A DNA stretch of 64,000 nt from NCBI GenBank assembly GCA_963768105.1, contig CAVYGR010000004.1, positions 118,019-182,018 of the forward strand, written 5' to 3'. Below the pieces are notes generated by a model that did no database searches, was not told the DNA's origin, and saw only the letters and a program-made list of their open reading frames with translations. The translations under genes were made by a program, and so were the position numbers. The first letter of the stretch is position 1. Each line of letters begins with the position of its first letter. Source of the DNA: Candidatus Dormiibacterota bacterium (GTDB lineage: Bacteria > Chloroflexota > Dormibacteria > Aeolococcales > Aeolococcaceae). Of the stretch, positions 48,101 to 56,971 are shown piece after piece.

Positions 48101-48396
48101 TGGTCGGCGCGAGAAGGCGATTGCGGAGCGCGCAGGGGCGGATTGATGAGCGATGGGCTCACCGGGAGGGTGAGCATGTGGAGGTGCCCGGGCGGCGCCG
48201 CTACCGAAGCGATCGGGGTGTGCGCGCCTCGATGCGCGGACCCCGCGCCACGGAATGGTAATGCCGAGCGTGCAGGCCCGTGGACGCCCCGCGAGACCGG
48301 GGCGGAGGCCGATGCCGGCACCTGCCCAAACACCGGAAGCGCGATCACGAGTCCTGCGGCGACCAGCACACGACGAGCGCGCCTTGCAGAGAGCAT
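45154..48396 (-). CDS. Large secreted multidomain protein, paralog B (about 1081 aa). Same architecture as 7022..10018.
   Basis: Signal peptide MLSARRARRVLVAAGLVIALPVFG (ATG at 48396). IPT/TIG domain SLTPSSGPVAGGQTVTVGGFDF. Three C-terminal repeats. It ends IDLEGWFQ, and its stop lies 3 nt from the rfbC start. Confidence 0.7.
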   Translation of the reverse strand: MLSARRARRVLVAAGLVIALPVFGQVPASASAPVSRGVHGPARSALPFRGAGSAHRGAHTPIASVAAPPGHLHMLTLPVSPSLINPPLRAPQSPSRADQRATSPAPSARLTPTLTSSTPPSKLIGFAGTAQSSAITRYGGDQTVAPPDPDIAVGPYQVVETTNSTVFVYSRVGGFEFSFDLNTFLNGSSAGSYQVTDPRIVYDAASGRFFLSELDIYAPEFEVCVANGYPDFDVVLVSPASALTSHDIWYGFGWAPYQSNSDGLLGDQPGLGISSSLVASSQSIYDNCTGGYVESELLIIQKSDLLKGTLTFVGTSSLVDFQNLAFGLQPAQELGSNPYQYVVWNNSDAQEGGCSPTICSIGVLAVHGTPRGGNVAMLPPVYEPMTPTVVQCSGSSCSTPPADQPGTPFQLQTDDDRFLNAVWYNNALWTAGNTTCTPMGDTAARSCLDYVSVGADTSGNVTAGTQINNVGVNGADLFYPALSIDSAGNVFTVFDESSTAALETINVAAIDSGASVLTNVTTLQPSSTFYAPACASFVCRWGDYSGAAVDPNHPADVWVVSEDTNGDSTTSCQSSAQFCWNTYIGRYTLSGPSITSLTPSSGPVAGGQTVTVGGFDFAPDTAFTFAGSPITPINSLTPESFTFVTPKNATTMGVVVQTQASDSLGSSVQNSASAYTYVGLANYVPLSPFRILDTRAGSPLGPGAVRPLQVTGVGPTPVPTGATAVVLNVTEVNGSAASLLTVYPSATRPNASNLNFLAHTVIANLVTVTLGPGGAVDIYNALGTVNVVADVEGYFTPQPASVVTGLFHPVSPIRVCDTRPRSPTPICSAHGALGPGASMVVNFAATGGLPGDGTAGAVVVNVTGVAGTASTYLSLFPPQPNGACKPTGTSNLSLAAGGVQANRVMVKLGPSSPGGVTDALCVFNAAGIINVVVDANGWYGSPTAIAPGYQYQAVAPTRICDTRVATTSCAHGAIGAALSRLTPVAGAMGIPDAGSATTVVAVIANLTAVVPTAATFLTLYPANLTSRPSVSDLNVNAGVTLPNLAVVQLDRMGDAHAGEVYLYNSAGSVNVTIDLEGWFQ

Positions 48397-48519
48397 TCCT
48401 GCCTCCGCGGGTGATGGTGCCGGCGTTGGAGCAGCTGCTCGGATGGTGGCCGCCGCCAAGAGCCCGCCGCCGCAGTCTAAGGGGCGTTGTCGAATTTGAG
48501 ACGGATCACGCGATCTTCG

Positions 48520-50401
48520 TTAGCCGAGGCGAAGACTGAGCGGGCTGGGCCAGAGGACGTTCTCGTTCAGGTACGGCTCCGCGATCTCATCGACGCCGCC
48601 CCACGCCTCGGCGAACGTCCGTGCAGCCTCGCCGACCGGTTCGATCCGCCCGGAGCGGGCAGCCCCGCCCCAGGTCAGCTCGGCCAGCGGTGTGCAGAGG
48701 ATGCGATGTTCAAGCGCGCGAACACGCAAGCAGTAGTCGACGTCCCAGAGCACCGTCGGGAATTTCTCGTCGAGCCCACCCGCCGCCTCGAACACCGCGC
48801 GCCTCGTCATCAGGCAGGCACCCGAGACCGCGCTCACCTCCTTGATCACCCGCAGCCCTTGATCCACGCTGGCCGCGATGGCCAGCCGCCCCAGAATCAT
48901 TCCTTCATGCGCAACCGAGCCGTCCGGATATCGCAGCCGCGCTCCCACCGCACCGATGGCTTCGCGCAGGCTCAATTCGAGCATCAATTCGAGCCATTCC
49001 GCGGTGATCACGCGCGTCGACGCGTCGAGGAGAACGATGTGGTCTCCGGTCGTGCTCCTGGTTGCGGCGTTGATCGCCGCCGGCACATTTTCACCGGCCC
49101 TCACGACCATGACGTGCCGATTCGCATAGGTGGAAAGCCGCGCAATGCCTGTCAAACACTCCTGCTCGTCAGCCCGGGACGTCCGAGCGACGACGAGGAC
49201 GTCAATCGACGGCGTCCCGGCAAGCGTGTAGCGAGGGATGTACAGCCCGGGGCTGGGACCGAACTCCACTCGGGCCGCCACGCCACGGCGGCGCAACGCG
49301 TCGTCGACCGCGCGGCGCCCCGCGTCCTGCGCCAGCGGCTTGCGGTCCGCGGCGACAGCCGTCGAACCGGGGGCCATCCGCCAGGCGTAAAGCACGTCGG
49401 GCACGTGGCCGATGTGTCTCGCGCGCTCGCTCACCCGCAGCATGAGGTCGTGGTCCTGGCTGCCGTCGAAGCCCTCACGAAATCCGCCGATCTCCGCCAG
49501 GAGCGAGCGGCGAACAACTGTAAAGTGGTTGATGTAGTTCTCGGCGAGCAGGCGGTCCGGCGAGTACTCGGGCTTGAACGCCGGCGCACCGAGTTCGCCG
49601 TCAGCAAGGAGCTTGTCCTCGTCCGAATAGACGAGGTCGGCATCGGCGTGGTCGCGAAGGTACCCGGCCATCGCAGAGAGCGCGTGCGGACGAAGCACGT
49701 CGTCGTGGTCGAGGAATCCGACGAAGTCACCCGTCGCCAGCTCGATCGCGGAGTTCGACGCGGCCGCAATACCACCCTGCCGGTCACGGAAGGTGACTCG
49801 CACGCGCGAATCATCGTGCGGCGCCTGCGAGCACTGCACGCACCCGCGGGTTTGTCGACGCGTCGTCAGCGATGCACAGCTGCACGTGCGGATACACCTG
49901 CGCCAGCACCGAATGGATGGCGGCGTCCAACCACACCGGGTCCGGGTCGTGCACCGGCATGACGATGCTGATCACCTGAGGGGACACGAGCGCCTCGGCG
50001 GCGCTGCGCATCCGGGCCAGCTCGGTGGATGAGGGCGTGTGCAGCACAAGCCAGCGGCGGTACTGCCTGCGGCGCGCCGTGGGGGTGTCCGCAACGCCGA
50101 TCGCTCTGCGCAGGGCGCGGTTGCGACGCATCACACCGACCAGCGCGGACGGGCCGTGCTCGATGAGCACGAGCGTCCTCGAGGCCACCGTGTGCAGGCT
50201 CTGCTGGCGGCGCGAGTCGGCAGGCACCAAGCGCCGGATCTTGCGCACCGCCGACATCGCGATCCGGGCGGATGCGCTGTCCGTGGACTGGGCGAGGTCG
50301 GTCCGGGCCCGCTGGAGCTCTGTCTCCAACTCTGTGATGCGCTCGCGGGCGGCCCCCAACTCATCGCGGAGCCTGCCCAGCTCAGCGCGGGAGCCTTTCA
50401 T
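48520..50401 (-). CDS. Two-domain GT2 glycosyltransferase with an N-terminal coiled-coil, interrupted by a +1 frameshift.
   Basis: N-terminal heptad-like LGRLRDELGAARERITELETELQRARTDL. First GT2 domain ISIVMPVHDP...CIADDAS. After a shift near 49821 it continues RVRVTF..GGIAAASNSAIELATGDFVGFLDHDD, then a second GT-like domain. Confidence 0.65.
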
Positions 50402-50548
50402 TGACCGAACGGGCGGCAGGTCGCCGAATCCATCCTCAGGTGCATGGACAGCAGATGGTAGGCGCGGCGCGCGCGATCCGCCGCCACTTAGTATGCTCGA
50501 ACTCAGGCGGGCCGCCAGTCAACGACATCCGAATTGGAGATTCCCAGC

Positions 50549-51398
50549 ATGACCGTCGTCGCCCAGGGGAGCAGCCGGCTCCAGGCGATCCCACGGCCGA
50601 GCAGTACCTTCCAGAGAAATCTCAACCTCATCCGCGAGCTTTCGATCACGCAGTTCAAGCTGAAGTACACGGGCTCCGCGCTCGGGTACGTCTGGTCGCT
50701 GGTCAAGCCGTTGATGCTCTTCGGGATCATGTACCTGGTATTCAGCCTCCTGCTGCATACCGGCGGCAACGACGCCGAATTCCCAGTCGAGCTGCTCGTC
50801 GGCATCGTCCTTTGGACGTTCTTCGTCGAGTCCACGACGCTCGCGATGAACGCCATCGCCGGAGCAAGCGATCTCATTCGAAAGGCATACTTCCCGCGCT
50901 GGATTCTGGTGGTTTCGTCGACCGCCAGCGCGTTGCTGACCTTTGCCATCAACACACTCCTGGTGGTGGTGGTCACGTTGCTCACCGGCCAGCTGCATCC
51001 TTCGTGGTGGAGCCTCCTGACGCCGCTGTATTACGTCGAGCTCGTCGCGCTGGTGCTGGGTCTGTCGCTGCTGCTGTCGGCGCTCTTCGTCTTCTTCCGG
51101 GACCTCGGGCATATCTGGGAAATTCTCACCCTCGTGCTCTTCTATGGTTCGGCCGTCGTCTTTCCCTTTTTCCGTATCCCCGCGTCGCTGCGTGGACCTT
51201 GCCGGACTGAATCCCATCGCGCAGATTGTTGAGGACATTCGTCATGCGCTCGTCGATCCCGGCGATCGGTATATCCCGTCGATGGTGACCGCGATCGGAC
51301 CGCTGGTGATCGTTCCGATACTGGTCACGGTGGCGGTCTTGATCATCGGGTTCGTCGTCTTCACCCGGCTCACCCCGAAGTTCGCCGAGGCCCTGTGA
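50549..51398 (+). CDS. wzm: ABC-2 type polysaccharide exporter permease (Wzm/KpsM-like), interrupted by a frameshift.
   Basis: Six TM helices, FKLKYTGSALGYVWS signature region. The C-terminus continues in the ORF 51144..51398 frame (LNPIAQIVEDIRHALV) after an indel near 51190. ggaga lies 8 nt upstream of the ATG at 50549. Confidence 0.7.
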
Positions 51399-52671
51399 AG
51401 CCCGTCGTCGAGGTCTCGCATCTGAGCAAGCGATTCCGGCTGCCGCTCGACAAGAGCACCACCCTGAAGTATCGAGTCACCCACTGGCGCAGCACGTCGC
51501 GCTACCGCGATCTCCACGCGCTGCAGGACGTTTCGTTCGAGATTCCGTCGGGGCAGTTCCTCGGCATCGCCGGACCCAACGGCTGCGGCAAGAGCACGCT
51601 GCTGAAGATCATGTGCCGGATCTACGAGGCGACCCGGGCAGTGCAGTGGTGAACGGCGAGTTCTCCGCATTTCTCGAGCTCGGAGTCGGGTTCAACCCCG
51701 AACTCACCGCGCGGGAGAACATCTTTCTCGGTGGCGCGGTGCTCGGCCTGACTCGCGCGCAACTCCGCGACAAGGTCGACGAGGTGCTCGCATTCGCCGA
51801 ACTCGAGGACTTCGCCGAGCAGAAGCTGAAGAATTTCTCGTCCGGCATGCAGGTTCGGCTCGCCTTCACCGTTGCCATCCTCGCGCGCACCGACCTTCTG
51901 ATCATGGACGAGGTGCTGGCGGTCGGTGACGCAAGCTTCCAGGAGAAGTGCTTCGACACCTTCAACACCTACAAGCGCGAGGGCAAGACCATCGTGCTCG
52001 TGAGCCATGACCTGGTCGCTCTCGAGGAGTACTGCGACCGTGTTCTGCTCTTGAACCACGGCCAGGTCATCGCGGATGGGCCCGCGGCCGAGGTCACGTC
52101 GGCGTACCACCGCATGATCGCCGAGCATTCCATGGCCATCGCGAAGGACCGGTCGGCGGTCTCGGTGTCGCGCGATCCGAATCAGTCCGGAGCGAGAGCC
52201 GTCGAGATCCTGTCGGTGGGCCTGCTCGATGGCAACGGGCAGACCGCGCGAGGGTTCGACACCGGGGATCCGATGACGGTAACCGTCCAGTTGCTCGCAC
52301 ATCGAGACGTCGGTGACGTCGTCTGCGGTGTGGCACTGCGCCGCATGGACGGGCTGCTCGTCGCCGGCACCAACACACTCCTCGACCACGTCCTGGTGCC
52401 GAGCGGTCCGCCGGGCTCCATCGCCACGCTCCGGCTCAGCATTGACTCGTTGCTGCTCCTCGCCGGCGGATACATCGTCCAGGTCTCCGCCCACGATGTG
52501 CCCGACTCGATCATGTACGACTTCAGCGACCCCGCCGCGAGCTTCCATGTCGACGACGCGGTGGGACACGTGGGTGTGCTCGAGATGCATGCCGCATGGC
52601 AGGTGGATCGGGAGGACGGCGCGACCACCGCAGACGCGGTCCCCCAGACCGCCGTGAACGTACCGCGCTGA
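51395..52671 (+). CDS. wzt: ABC exporter ATPase (Wzt/KpsT/TagH-like) with a ~150-aa C-terminal extension resembling the Wzt C-terminal carbohydrate-binding domain, interrupted by a -1 frameshift.
   Basis: Walker A GPNGCGKST, then IYEA|DPGSAVVNGEFSAF rejoined at the G-run near 51631, signature FSSGMQVRL, Walker B LLIMDEVLAVGD and a beta-rich C-terminal extension. A 4-nt overlap with wzm. Confidence 0.75.
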
Positions 52672-52680
52672 TCGGCAGAG

Positions 52681-53517
52681 TCAGATCGGGGCGCCGGTGA
52701 CGAAGAACAGCAGGTGCGCGGGCACCACCCCCATCACCACGCTGATGATGAGGACGTAGAGCATCGCCGTCGCCGGTTGATTGGCTCGGATCCTTGCGAA
52801 GTGCCTGGTGAGCAGGGCGACCCCGGTCGTGAAGACGATCCCCGAACCGATCACGAGCAACCAGAACGGGATGGCGTCCCCGGACCAGAGCAGCTCGCGG
52901 CGAACCGCCGATCCGGCGGTCGCGATCACGAGGACGATCGCCACCGCCTGGATCGCCACCGCCGCGAACACGATGTCGATGGCACGACGAAGTGGACGGA
53001 ACGAGAGATTGGGCGCCACCAGGTACCAGTGGCCTAGCAGCATCCCGGCGAGCGCGCTGCCCGACACCAGCGCGGCGGGCACAAAGGCAACCGCGGCTGT
53101 GGCCACCCCACCCAGCGCCGGGCCGAACGCGGCAGCGCACTTGGCGATCGCCATGGCACCGAACCCGATGGTGATGAGCCCAACCACCCGGCGGGCCACG
53201 TCGGTCATCACCGCGGAGAAGAACGCGTAGGCGAGCAGCGCGACGGTGAAGGCTATCGACCAGTGGAACAGGTCCGCCTGCGCGCCACCCGGCAGCGGCG
53301 CGCCGAGGAGCGCCGCACCCGGCGGCAGCAACCCCTGGACGAGCAGATCAACCCCCATGACGAGCGCGCAGATGAGCGACGTTGTTCCCGCGAATCCGCG
53401 TCCGACCCTGCCGAGGAGGTCAACCGCGTAGGCGGCGACTGTCGTGCCTGCAGCAACCTCGAGCAGCACGACCACCGTCGCGATCGGGGCGAGCGCCGGC
53501 AGCGACAGATCGGCCAC
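52681..53517 (-). CDS. Polytopic integral membrane protein (278 aa, unknown function).
   Basis: About eight hydrophobic helices. It lies in the glycan locus between wzt and the methyltransferase. Confidence 0.5.
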   Translation of the reverse strand: MADLSLPALAPIATVVVLLEVAAGTTVAAYAVDLLGRVGRGFAGTTSLICALVMGVDLLVQGLLPPGAALLGAPLPGGAQADLFHWSIAFTVALLAYAFFSAVMTDVARRVVGLITIGFGAMAIAKCAAAFGPALGGVATAAVAFVPAALVSGSALAGMLLGHWYLVAPNLSFRPLRRAIDIVFAAVAIQAVAIVLVIATAGSAVRRELLWSGDAIPFWLLVIGSGIVFTTGVALLTRHFARIRANQPATAMLYVLIISVVMGVVPAHLLFFVTGAPI

Positions 53518-53565
53518 GGCTCGATCCTACGGTTGTGGTGAGCCCCCACCGGCGGGGCTCGTCCG

Positions 53566-54543
53566 TCACGCGCCCGGGGTGCGCCGGCTGAGTCGTGCGA
53601 GCGCGCGCAGCGCCCTTCGCAGCACGGCGCGGCGCAAGGTTCCCTGGGGGGCAGCTTTGACGGCGAGCTCTTCGGCCCGCTTCGCAACCCGAGCGGTGGG
53701 TCGCTCGCTCCATTCGGCCGTGCGCTCGAGCGTCTGCACGCGTTCCTGGAGCTCGCCGAGGCGGCGCATCTGATCGAGCACGACGGCGTTTCGCTCCTGC
53801 AATTCGAAGCGCATGCGCGAGTAGGCGCGGTCGTAATCGGCGACCACCCGATGCAGTGGGGCCGATGACCTGCGGTAGCGCGCGGCCCACGGCGCGATGT
53901 AGAGGCCGTCGTAGTCCACGTCACGGATGAAGCCGTGACGCGCGAACCGCTCGCTCCAGTACTCCTGGGGGTGGATGTTGGTGTGGGTCGGGTCACGGTA
54001 GTGCACCGGGGTCGACGAGACGATCAGCTCGTCGGTGAAGGCGCAGAGGTTGGCGATGGCGCGGTCGGCGTCCTCCGGAGTCATGTGCTCGAACACCTCG
54101 AAGCAGGTGATGAGGTCGTAGCTCTTTGGGAGAGGCTCGGTGATCGAGCCGACCGTCAGAAAGGGCCGGATGTCCTCACGCGATTTGGCGATCGCGAACT
54201 CGCTGAAATCGATGCCCTCCGCATCGACCCCCCGGTCACGCAGGGCCTCAACGAGCAGCCCGATCGCGCAGCCGGCATCGAGCGCCGTGGCCGGATGGAA
54301 GTCCTCGATCAGCCGATCGGCGATCGTCCCAAAGAAACGGAGCCAGTGCGGGCTGTGCTCATAGGTGATCTCGCCCTCGGCGTAGTTCGCGTAGTAGCCG
54401 GCACCGTAGTCGGAGGAGAGGGCGCTCGTGCCGGCGACGCCGGGTGCCGGTTCGTCCTCTGCGGCTGCCGATCCGGTCTTCACCCGCCCGGATGCTAGCA
54501 CCCGCCTGCACAACCGGATGTTTGCCGGGTGACGGTTTCGCAC
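53566..54543 (-). CDS. Class I SAM-dependent methyltransferase with a C-terminal coiled-coil tail (WbdD-like chain-terminator candidate).
   Basis: SAM motif I LDAGCAIGLL, then DLITCFEVFEHM, then a C-terminal heptad-rich RMRFELQERNAVVLDQMRRLGELQERVQTLERTAEWSER. The start is uncertain because the divergent neighbour overlaps it. Confidence 0.6.
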   Translation of the reverse strand: MRNRHPANIRLCRRVLASGRVKTGSAAAEDEPAPGVAGTSALSSDYGAGYYANYAEGEITYEHSPHWLRFFGTIADRLIEDFHPATALDAGCAIGLLVEALRDRGVDAEGIDFSEFAIAKSREDIRPFLTVGSITEPLPKSYDLITCFEVFEHMTPEDADRAIANLCAFTDELIVSSTPVHYRDPTHTNIHPQEYWSERFARHGFIRDVDYDGLYIAPWAARYRRSSAPLHRVVADYDRAYSRMRFELQERNAVVLDQMRRLGELQERVQTLERTAEWSERPTARVAKRAEELAVKAAPQGTLRRAVLRRALRALARLSRRTPGA

Positions 54544-55296
54544 ACCGGGTTCGAACTCGATTTGGCTCTGCTAGGTTGGGTCGCAGTGTCTGACCAGCGT
54601 TCCCTGCTGCGCGGCCGCCTGGCCACCGCCATCGACGGCGTCGCCGACGTCGCTGCTCGCCTCGAGCCGCCGGCGACTCGCGCCGTCGCGTCAAGCCCGC
54701 CGCACGGGCCTGCCGCCCCGTCCGGGCGCCCGTGGACGGTCGCCGCGGCGATGGAGCCGGTCGCCCAGGCGCCCGTCGATCGGGTCGCAGTGGGAACCTC
54801 GTCGCGGCTGCACTCGCGTCACGTCCGTCCGGCAGGTCCCCCGGGGCACCACCACTTCCCGGCGATCATCGGCGCCGTGATCACGCTGGCGGTGGCGGTG
54901 CTCGCGGTGATCGGGGTCCGCCTGCTGCCCGGCTCCCGACCCGCCCCGGCCCCCCCGACCGCGCAGATCGCCCTCACCGCGGTCCGGCCGGTGGCACCCG
55001 CGGCTCCGGTGAGTGGGCTGGTCCCGCCGACTCAGGTCTCGTTCCCGGCCGGATCCTCGACAGTGTCCATCGACGTGAACTCCAGTGCGGCGACGGGGCA
55101 TGCCCCGGTCGAGATCCGGGTCGGCGTCGGGCAGCCAGAGCAGATGCTGATCGACCACGAGTACGTGCTCGATGCTTCCGGCAACACGCTCATCCCGTTG
55201 ACGCCCGCGAGTGGGACCTACGCGCCCGGCAACTACACGGTCACGATCATCAGCAACGGCGCCACCGTCGGTTCGACCGCCTTCCAGGTCCGCTGA
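54529..55296 (+). CDS. Hypothetical membrane-anchored protein.
   Basis: A single TM segment (FPAIIGAVITLAVAVLAVIGV) followed by a ~120-aa beta-rich C-terminal domain. The N-terminal 100 codons are low-complexity, so the start is probably internal. Confidence 0.35.
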   Translation: MTVSHTGFELDLALLGWVAVSDQRSLLRGRLATAIDGVADVAARLEPPATRAVASSPPHGPAAPSGRPWTVAAAMEPVAQAPVDRVAVGTSSRLHSRHVRPAGPPGHHHFPAIIGAVITLAVAVLAVIGVRLLPGSRPAPAPPTAQIALTAVRPVAPAAPVSGLVPPTQVSFPAGSSTVSIDVNSSAATGHAPVEIRVGVGQPEQMLIDHEYVLDASGNTLIPLTPASGTYAPGNYTVTIISNGATVGSTAFQVR

Positions 55297-55306
55297 CGAC
55301 CTTCGC

Positions 55307-55624
55307 TTAGCGCTCGACGGGTAGCCCGGCGTCCTCCCAGGCTTCGATGCCACCGCTCACGTTGTACGAGTTCTCGCGCCCGATGGTGCGCAGGTACTCC
55401 ACCGCGCGTGCGCTGCGCCCGCCCATATGGCAGTGCACGTAGACGTCGCGGTCGGCTGGGATCTCGCCGACGCGGGTGGCAAGCGTGCGCAGCGGGATCA
55501 GGATCGCGCCGGGGATGTGCACCTCGTTGTACTCGGACTGCTCGCGCACGTCGACGAGCACGGCTTCGCCGGCCTGCAACGCCGCGCTCGCTGCCTGGGG
55601 GCTGACCTCGGCGCTCTCGGACAT
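55307..55624 (-). CDS. Single-domain rhodanese-like sulfurtransferase.
   Basis: VLVDVREQSEYNEVHIPGAILIP and the active-site Cys loop YVHCHMGGRS. ATG at 55624. The upstream 85 codons are artefact. Confidence 0.75.
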   Translation of the reverse strand: MSESAEVSPQAASAALQAGEAVLVDVREQSEYNEVHIPGAILIPLRTLATRVGEIPADRDVYVHCHMGGRSARAVEYLRTIGRENSYNVSGGIEAWEDAGLPVER

Positions 55625-55700
55625 CGGCGGCAGTATAGGTGCGTCACCGGCGCGCGCCGTCCCGCGTGCACGCGCGCACCGGCCTGCTAGGCTCGTGGCC

Positions 55701-56969
55701 GTGAGCACGGTTGCCGCGCCGGCGCTGGTCGACTCTCCATGGCTGAACGCACAGCGCCAGTTCGACAACGCCGCCGAGATCCTGCAGCTCTCTCCGGGGC
55801 TGCGGGCGGTGCTGCGCGAGGTCCGCCGCGAGCTGGTGGTGCGGTTCCCGGTGAAGATGGACGACGGCGGTGTCCGCATGTTCGAGGGCTACCGCGTCCA
55901 GCACAACGTGACCCGCGGTCCGGCCAAAGGCGGTCTCCGCTTCCACCCTGCGACCGACATCGACGAGGTCAAGGCGCTGGCGATGTGGATGACCTGGAAA
56001 TGCGCGCTGACCAACCTCCCTTATGGAGGCGCCAAGGGCGGCGTCGCGGTTGACCCGAGCACGTTGAGCCATCGTGAGCTCGAGCGGCTCACCCGACGCT
56101 TCGCGGCGGAGATCAGTGTCCTGGTCGGCCCGGAGTCGGACATCCCCGCCCCAGACGTCAACACCAACGCCGAGATCATGGCGTGGATCATGGACACGCT
56201 CTCGATGCAGGCGGGCTACTCGGTCCCCGCGTCGGTCACCGGCAAACCGCTGGAGATCGGGGGCAGTGAAGGTCGCCCGAGCGCGACGGGGCGAGGGGTC
56301 AACATCGTCGCCGTCGAGGCGTGCAGGCGCCTCGGCCGCGAGCCCGCGGAGACCACGGTCGCGGTGCAGGGATTCGGCAACGTCGGCAGCTGGGCGTGCC
56401 AGCTCATGCACGAATCCGGCTTCACCATCTGCGCGGTCAGTGACGTGACCGGCGGCGTCTATTCGAAGCAGGGGCTCGACATCCCCGCGCTCCTCGCCCA
56501 TCGTCAGGCCACGGGTGGGGTGCGCGGATTCCCGGGGACGCAGGCGGTCACCAACAGCGAGTTGCTCGAACTCGACGTCGACGTGCTCGTGCCCGCCGCC
56601 ATGGAGAATCAGATCACCGCCCGCAACGCGGGAAGGATCCAGGCGAGGCTGATCGTCGAGGGCGCGAACGGTCCGACCACGCCCGATGCCGACAGCATCC
56701 TCGAGCGCCGCGGGATCACTGTCGTGCCCGACATCCTCGCCAACGCCGGAGGCGTGACCGTCTCCTACTTCGAATGGGTGCAGGATCTGCAGTCGCTCTT
56801 CTGGGAGGAGGACGAGATCAACACGCGGCTCAAGAAGATCCTGCAGAAGGCCTTCCGACAGATGTGCGAGCAGGCTGACCTCCATCAGGTGTCGCTCCGC
56901 CTCGGCGCCTACCTGGTGGCGGTCAAGCGGGTCGCCGACGCCACGGCGGTACGGGGCATCTACCCGTAG
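55701..56969 (+). CDS. gdhA: Glutamate dehydrogenase (Glu/Leu/Phe/Val dehydrogenase family, about 422 aa).
   Basis: Active-site Lys region GGAKGGV and the NAD-binding motif GFGNVGS. GTG at 55701. Confidence 0.8.
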   Translation: MSTVAAPALVDSPWLNAQRQFDNAAEILQLSPGLRAVLREVRRELVVRFPVKMDDGGVRMFEGYRVQHNVTRGPAKGGLRFHPATDIDEVKALAMWMTWKCALTNLPYGGAKGGVAVDPSTLSHRELERLTRRFAAEISVLVGPESDIPAPDVNTNAEIMAWIMDTLSMQAGYSVPASVTGKPLEIGGSEGRPSATGRGVNIVAVEACRRLGREPAETTVAVQGFGNVGSWACQLMHESGFTICAVSDVTGGVYSKQGLDIPALLAHRQATGGVRGFPGTQAVTNSELLELDVDVLVPAAMENQITARNAGRIQARLIVEGANGPTTPDADSILERRGITVVPDILANAGGVTVSYFEWVQDLQSLFWEEDEINTRLKKILQKAFRQMCEQADLHQVSLRLGAYLVAVKRVADATAVRGIYP

Positions 56970-56971
56970 GG

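Noticed and set aside
7022-48396. Possibility that the two large paralogs are direct-repeat boundaries of a 38-kb genomic island.
   Set aside because: There is no integrase, transposase or recombinase, and no plasmid or phage genes. The intervening genes are core metabolism (hppA, ETF, ligase-adjacent, thiolase, ppiA, gdh-like context). The tRNA-Met at 2.1 kb is not adjacent to either copy. GC content is uniform.
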